Assembly (NCBI GenBank): GCA_938084645.1 | Contig: CALKEP010000033.1 | Coordinates: 1-64,000 of the forward strand | DNA from: an uncultured Phycisphaerales bacterium | GTDB lineage: Bacteria > Planctomycetota > Phycisphaerae > Phycisphaerales > SM1A02 | DNA: 64,000 nt | Direction: 5' to 3' | Part shown: positions 62,162 to 64,000 of the stretch, piece by piece | Layout: each line of letters starts with the position of its first letter | Numbering within the stretch: the first letter of the stretch is position 1 | Made by a program: the position numbers and the translations under genes | Notes under the pieces: model-generated | The model's input: the letters and a program-made list of their open reading frames with translations, nothing else | Database searches by the model: none | Told to the model about the DNA's origin: nothing

Positions 62162-63751
62162 TCAGGGGCAGTCCGCCGGACGGAAGTCGGGAAGCGGCCA
62201 CGCGCAACCGCCCCAGTTCGAGAGGAGCTGTCCGAGATCACCGGAATCGATGGTCGGTGATTGACGATCGAGATTGAAGCACTGCCCATCGGCCGATGGA
62301 ACGCCGCCGTAGTCCCAGTGGAGAAGCAGTTCGGCGAGGTCGCTGCCGTCGACCATGCCGTCCCGATTGAAATCGCCGGGGCAGGTATCGCACCACGGCA
62401 CCTCGCCCGCCGCGGGTTCGTTCAGGTACTGATGCGGTTCGATGTAGGTGATGAGGAACATCGGGTGATGCGTGGCGTGGATCATCTCGCTCGCCGCCCC
62501 GAAGCTTCCGCTCAGATCACCCGGCACGAAGTCCTTCGCCTCCGGGTCGAACTCGTTCCAGTTGAGCGTGAGGCCGAGGCCGCTGAATGGGAATCCCACC
62601 ACGTAGTCGAGGTCCTGCCAGTCGCGGGGGGCCGAGTCCCAGCTGTTCGACTTCCACTTCACGAGCCAGTCCTCGAAACCCTGCGTTCCCCGATACTCGG
62701 TCGGCGGGTTGTTTCGACCGTTGTCGGTGTAGCCGACGAAGTCCGCGGTGGCGGTGATGTAGGCGTCGTAGAGCGGTTCGTCGGCGGTCGGTGCCCGGTA
62801 GCTTCCGACCCCCTTCTCGACGGACCAGATCGGACGTCCGTTCTGCGTGGGGAGTCGCTCGGTCGTCCGGCGCATCGACGGATTGAAGGACGGCCTGACG
62901 AACGCGTCGCGATCGGCCACGAACACGTAGAGCTGCTGCTTCCACCATCGAGCGCTCGCCGGCTGATCCGCGCCGATGCCCGGGCGGTACTCCCACGGGT
63001 CGCTGAACGGGACGGATCCGTCGTCCCCCGGAAACATGTAGGGCATGCCGACGCCCGACACCGCGATCGACGGCGCGAGCACGCAGGGCATGGCGTTCGG
63101 CGCGGGGTCTTCCGGATCGGAGCAGCCGCCAAGTCCCAGTACCTCCCGGACGTAGTGGAGCGTGGTACCGGGGGCGTACACGACGCCGCCGTCCTCCTGT
63201 TCGGCGATGTGGGCCGTCATCCAGTTGTTGTACGTCTTGTCATGCGTGTTGACTTCGTAGGGTCGGAACACCGCCTCCCCGTTCGAATCCAGGTCGAGAA
63301 TCGGCAGGTAGGCGTCGCGCACGGATCGGAACCCGCCGCCGGCGAAGGTCGACGGCTTGTTCACATTGAGACTGATCACGATCACCGGATTGTCGATCGT
63401 GTACGGCACGGGGGGATCGTCCGGGTGGTACTGGACGTTGATGGTGAGCGGTTGATCGGATTCCGGGAACGAGACCAGCTTCTCCCAGACCAGGTCAGGC
63501 TGCTCGGTGGTCACGCTCGCGGGCGCGCCGATGGGAGCGTTGTCCGGGCCGAGGAGGAGCGTCGACCTGTTGTACTGCTTGACCCAGTCCGCCAGCGGAT
63601 AGAAACCGGTCGGCGGGAACGAGACCGGATTGAAGATGTCGAGTGGATTGCACGGCTCGTCGCCGGCGGCGCAAGGTGCGGCCGCGAGCGATGTCAGCAT
63701 CAAGCCTCCGGCCAGAAGCACAGCCGCCGATGGGTTGCGGAATTGACGCAT
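62162..63751 (-). CDS. Secreted protein with C-terminal dockerin-like Ca-binding repeats
   Basis: Signal peptide, AAGGAG SD; CPGDFNRDGMVDGSDLAELL..W and TIDSGDLGQLLSNWG. Confidence 0.75.
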   Translation of the reverse strand: MRQFRNPSAAVLLAGGLMLTSLAAAPCAAGDEPCNPLDIFNPVSFPPTGFYPLADWVKQYNRSTLLLGPDNAPIGAPASVTTEQPDLVWEKLVSFPESDQPLTINVQYHPDDPPVPYTIDNPVIVISLNVNKPSTFAGGGFRSVRDAYLPILDLDSNGEAVFRPYEVNTHDKTYNNWMTAHIAEQEDGGVVYAPGTTLHYVREVLGLGGCSDPEDPAPNAMPCVLAPSIAVSGVGMPYMFPGDDGSVPFSDPWEYRPGIGADQPASARWWKQQLYVFVADRDAFVRPSFNPSMRRTTERLPTQNGRPIWSVEKGVGSYRAPTADEPLYDAYITATADFVGYTDNGRNNPPTEYRGTQGFEDWLVKWKSNSWDSAPRDWQDLDYVVGFPFSGLGLTLNWNEFDPEAKDFVPGDLSGSFGAASEMIHATHHPMFLITYIEPHQYLNEPAAGEVPWCDTCPGDFNRDGMVDGSDLAELLLHWDYGGVPSADGQCFNLDRQSPTIDSGDLGQLLSNWGGCAWPLPDFRPADCP

Positions 63752-63948
63752 GGGGTTCTTTCTCCTTGGAGACGAATTATCGTTGGCGTCGACGGATCCG
63801 GCGATCCGGAATGGGGATCACCCGGGCGATCCCGAGAAACCGCCGGACCCCGCTCCCGCCCATGGTACCGGGCCGAGGCGCTGGAACAAGATGAATCGAG
63901 GCGCCACGGCCATCCGGCCGCGTCACCGCGTCATACCTTCGTCCTTGC

Positions 63949-63999
63949 TCAGATATCGAGGTTCTTCACCTCGAGGGCGTGTGCCTCGATGTAGTTCCG
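63949..63999 (-). CDS. gyrB: DNA gyrase subunit B, extreme C-terminus (truncated by window edge)
   Basis: Minus strand reads RNYIEAHALEVKNLDI*, matching the GyrB terminal R-(F/Y)IE--A--V-NLD(I/V) pattern. Confidence 0.75.
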   Translation of the reverse strand, partial: RNYIEAHALEVKNLDI

Positions 64000-64000
64000 G

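Noticed and set aside
63923..63934. SD-preceded ATG-ACG-CGG-TGA mini-ORF after gyrB (minus strand)
   Set aside because: Three codons with no supporting context; likely chance

Overview
This is a very GC-rich, gene-dense, mostly housekeeping chromosomal region. Gene content points to a planctomycete, probably Phycisphaerae (inference). The clues are a long planctomycete-type ACP, a dockerin-like secreted protein, an S1 sulfatase, a zinc-ribbon membrane protein, groEL-groES-groEL-dnaJ-grpE, and broken-up operons. Genes in order: 3' end of glpD, sucD, purM, arfB, PLP decarboxylase, M3 peptidase, ispE, nadA, trkAH, orphan nuoI, a truncated atp operon (atpI-B-E-F-H-A), ftsK, fabZ-acp-fabZ, coaD, panB, htrA, thyX, dusB, rnr, the chaperone cluster, moxR, queC and the 3' end of gyrB. 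I saw no tRNA, rRNA, CRISPR array, transposase or integrase. Most notable observations: (1) two unannotated, colinear 56-aa paralogues (21/56 identical) bracket an antisense FG-GAP beta-propeller gene whose reading frame runs through one of them; (2) a TAnnnT -10 hexamer sits 6-9 nt before at least 16 start codons, suggesting pervasive leaderless mRNAs; (3) a promoter-hairpin-terminator unit at 9.7 kb looks like a ~65-nt sRNA; (4) a metallo-beta-lactamase-fold protein lacking all His ligands lies between coaD and panB; (5) a glyoxalase-SLOG fusion. All calls come from reading motifs by eye, with no database searches.
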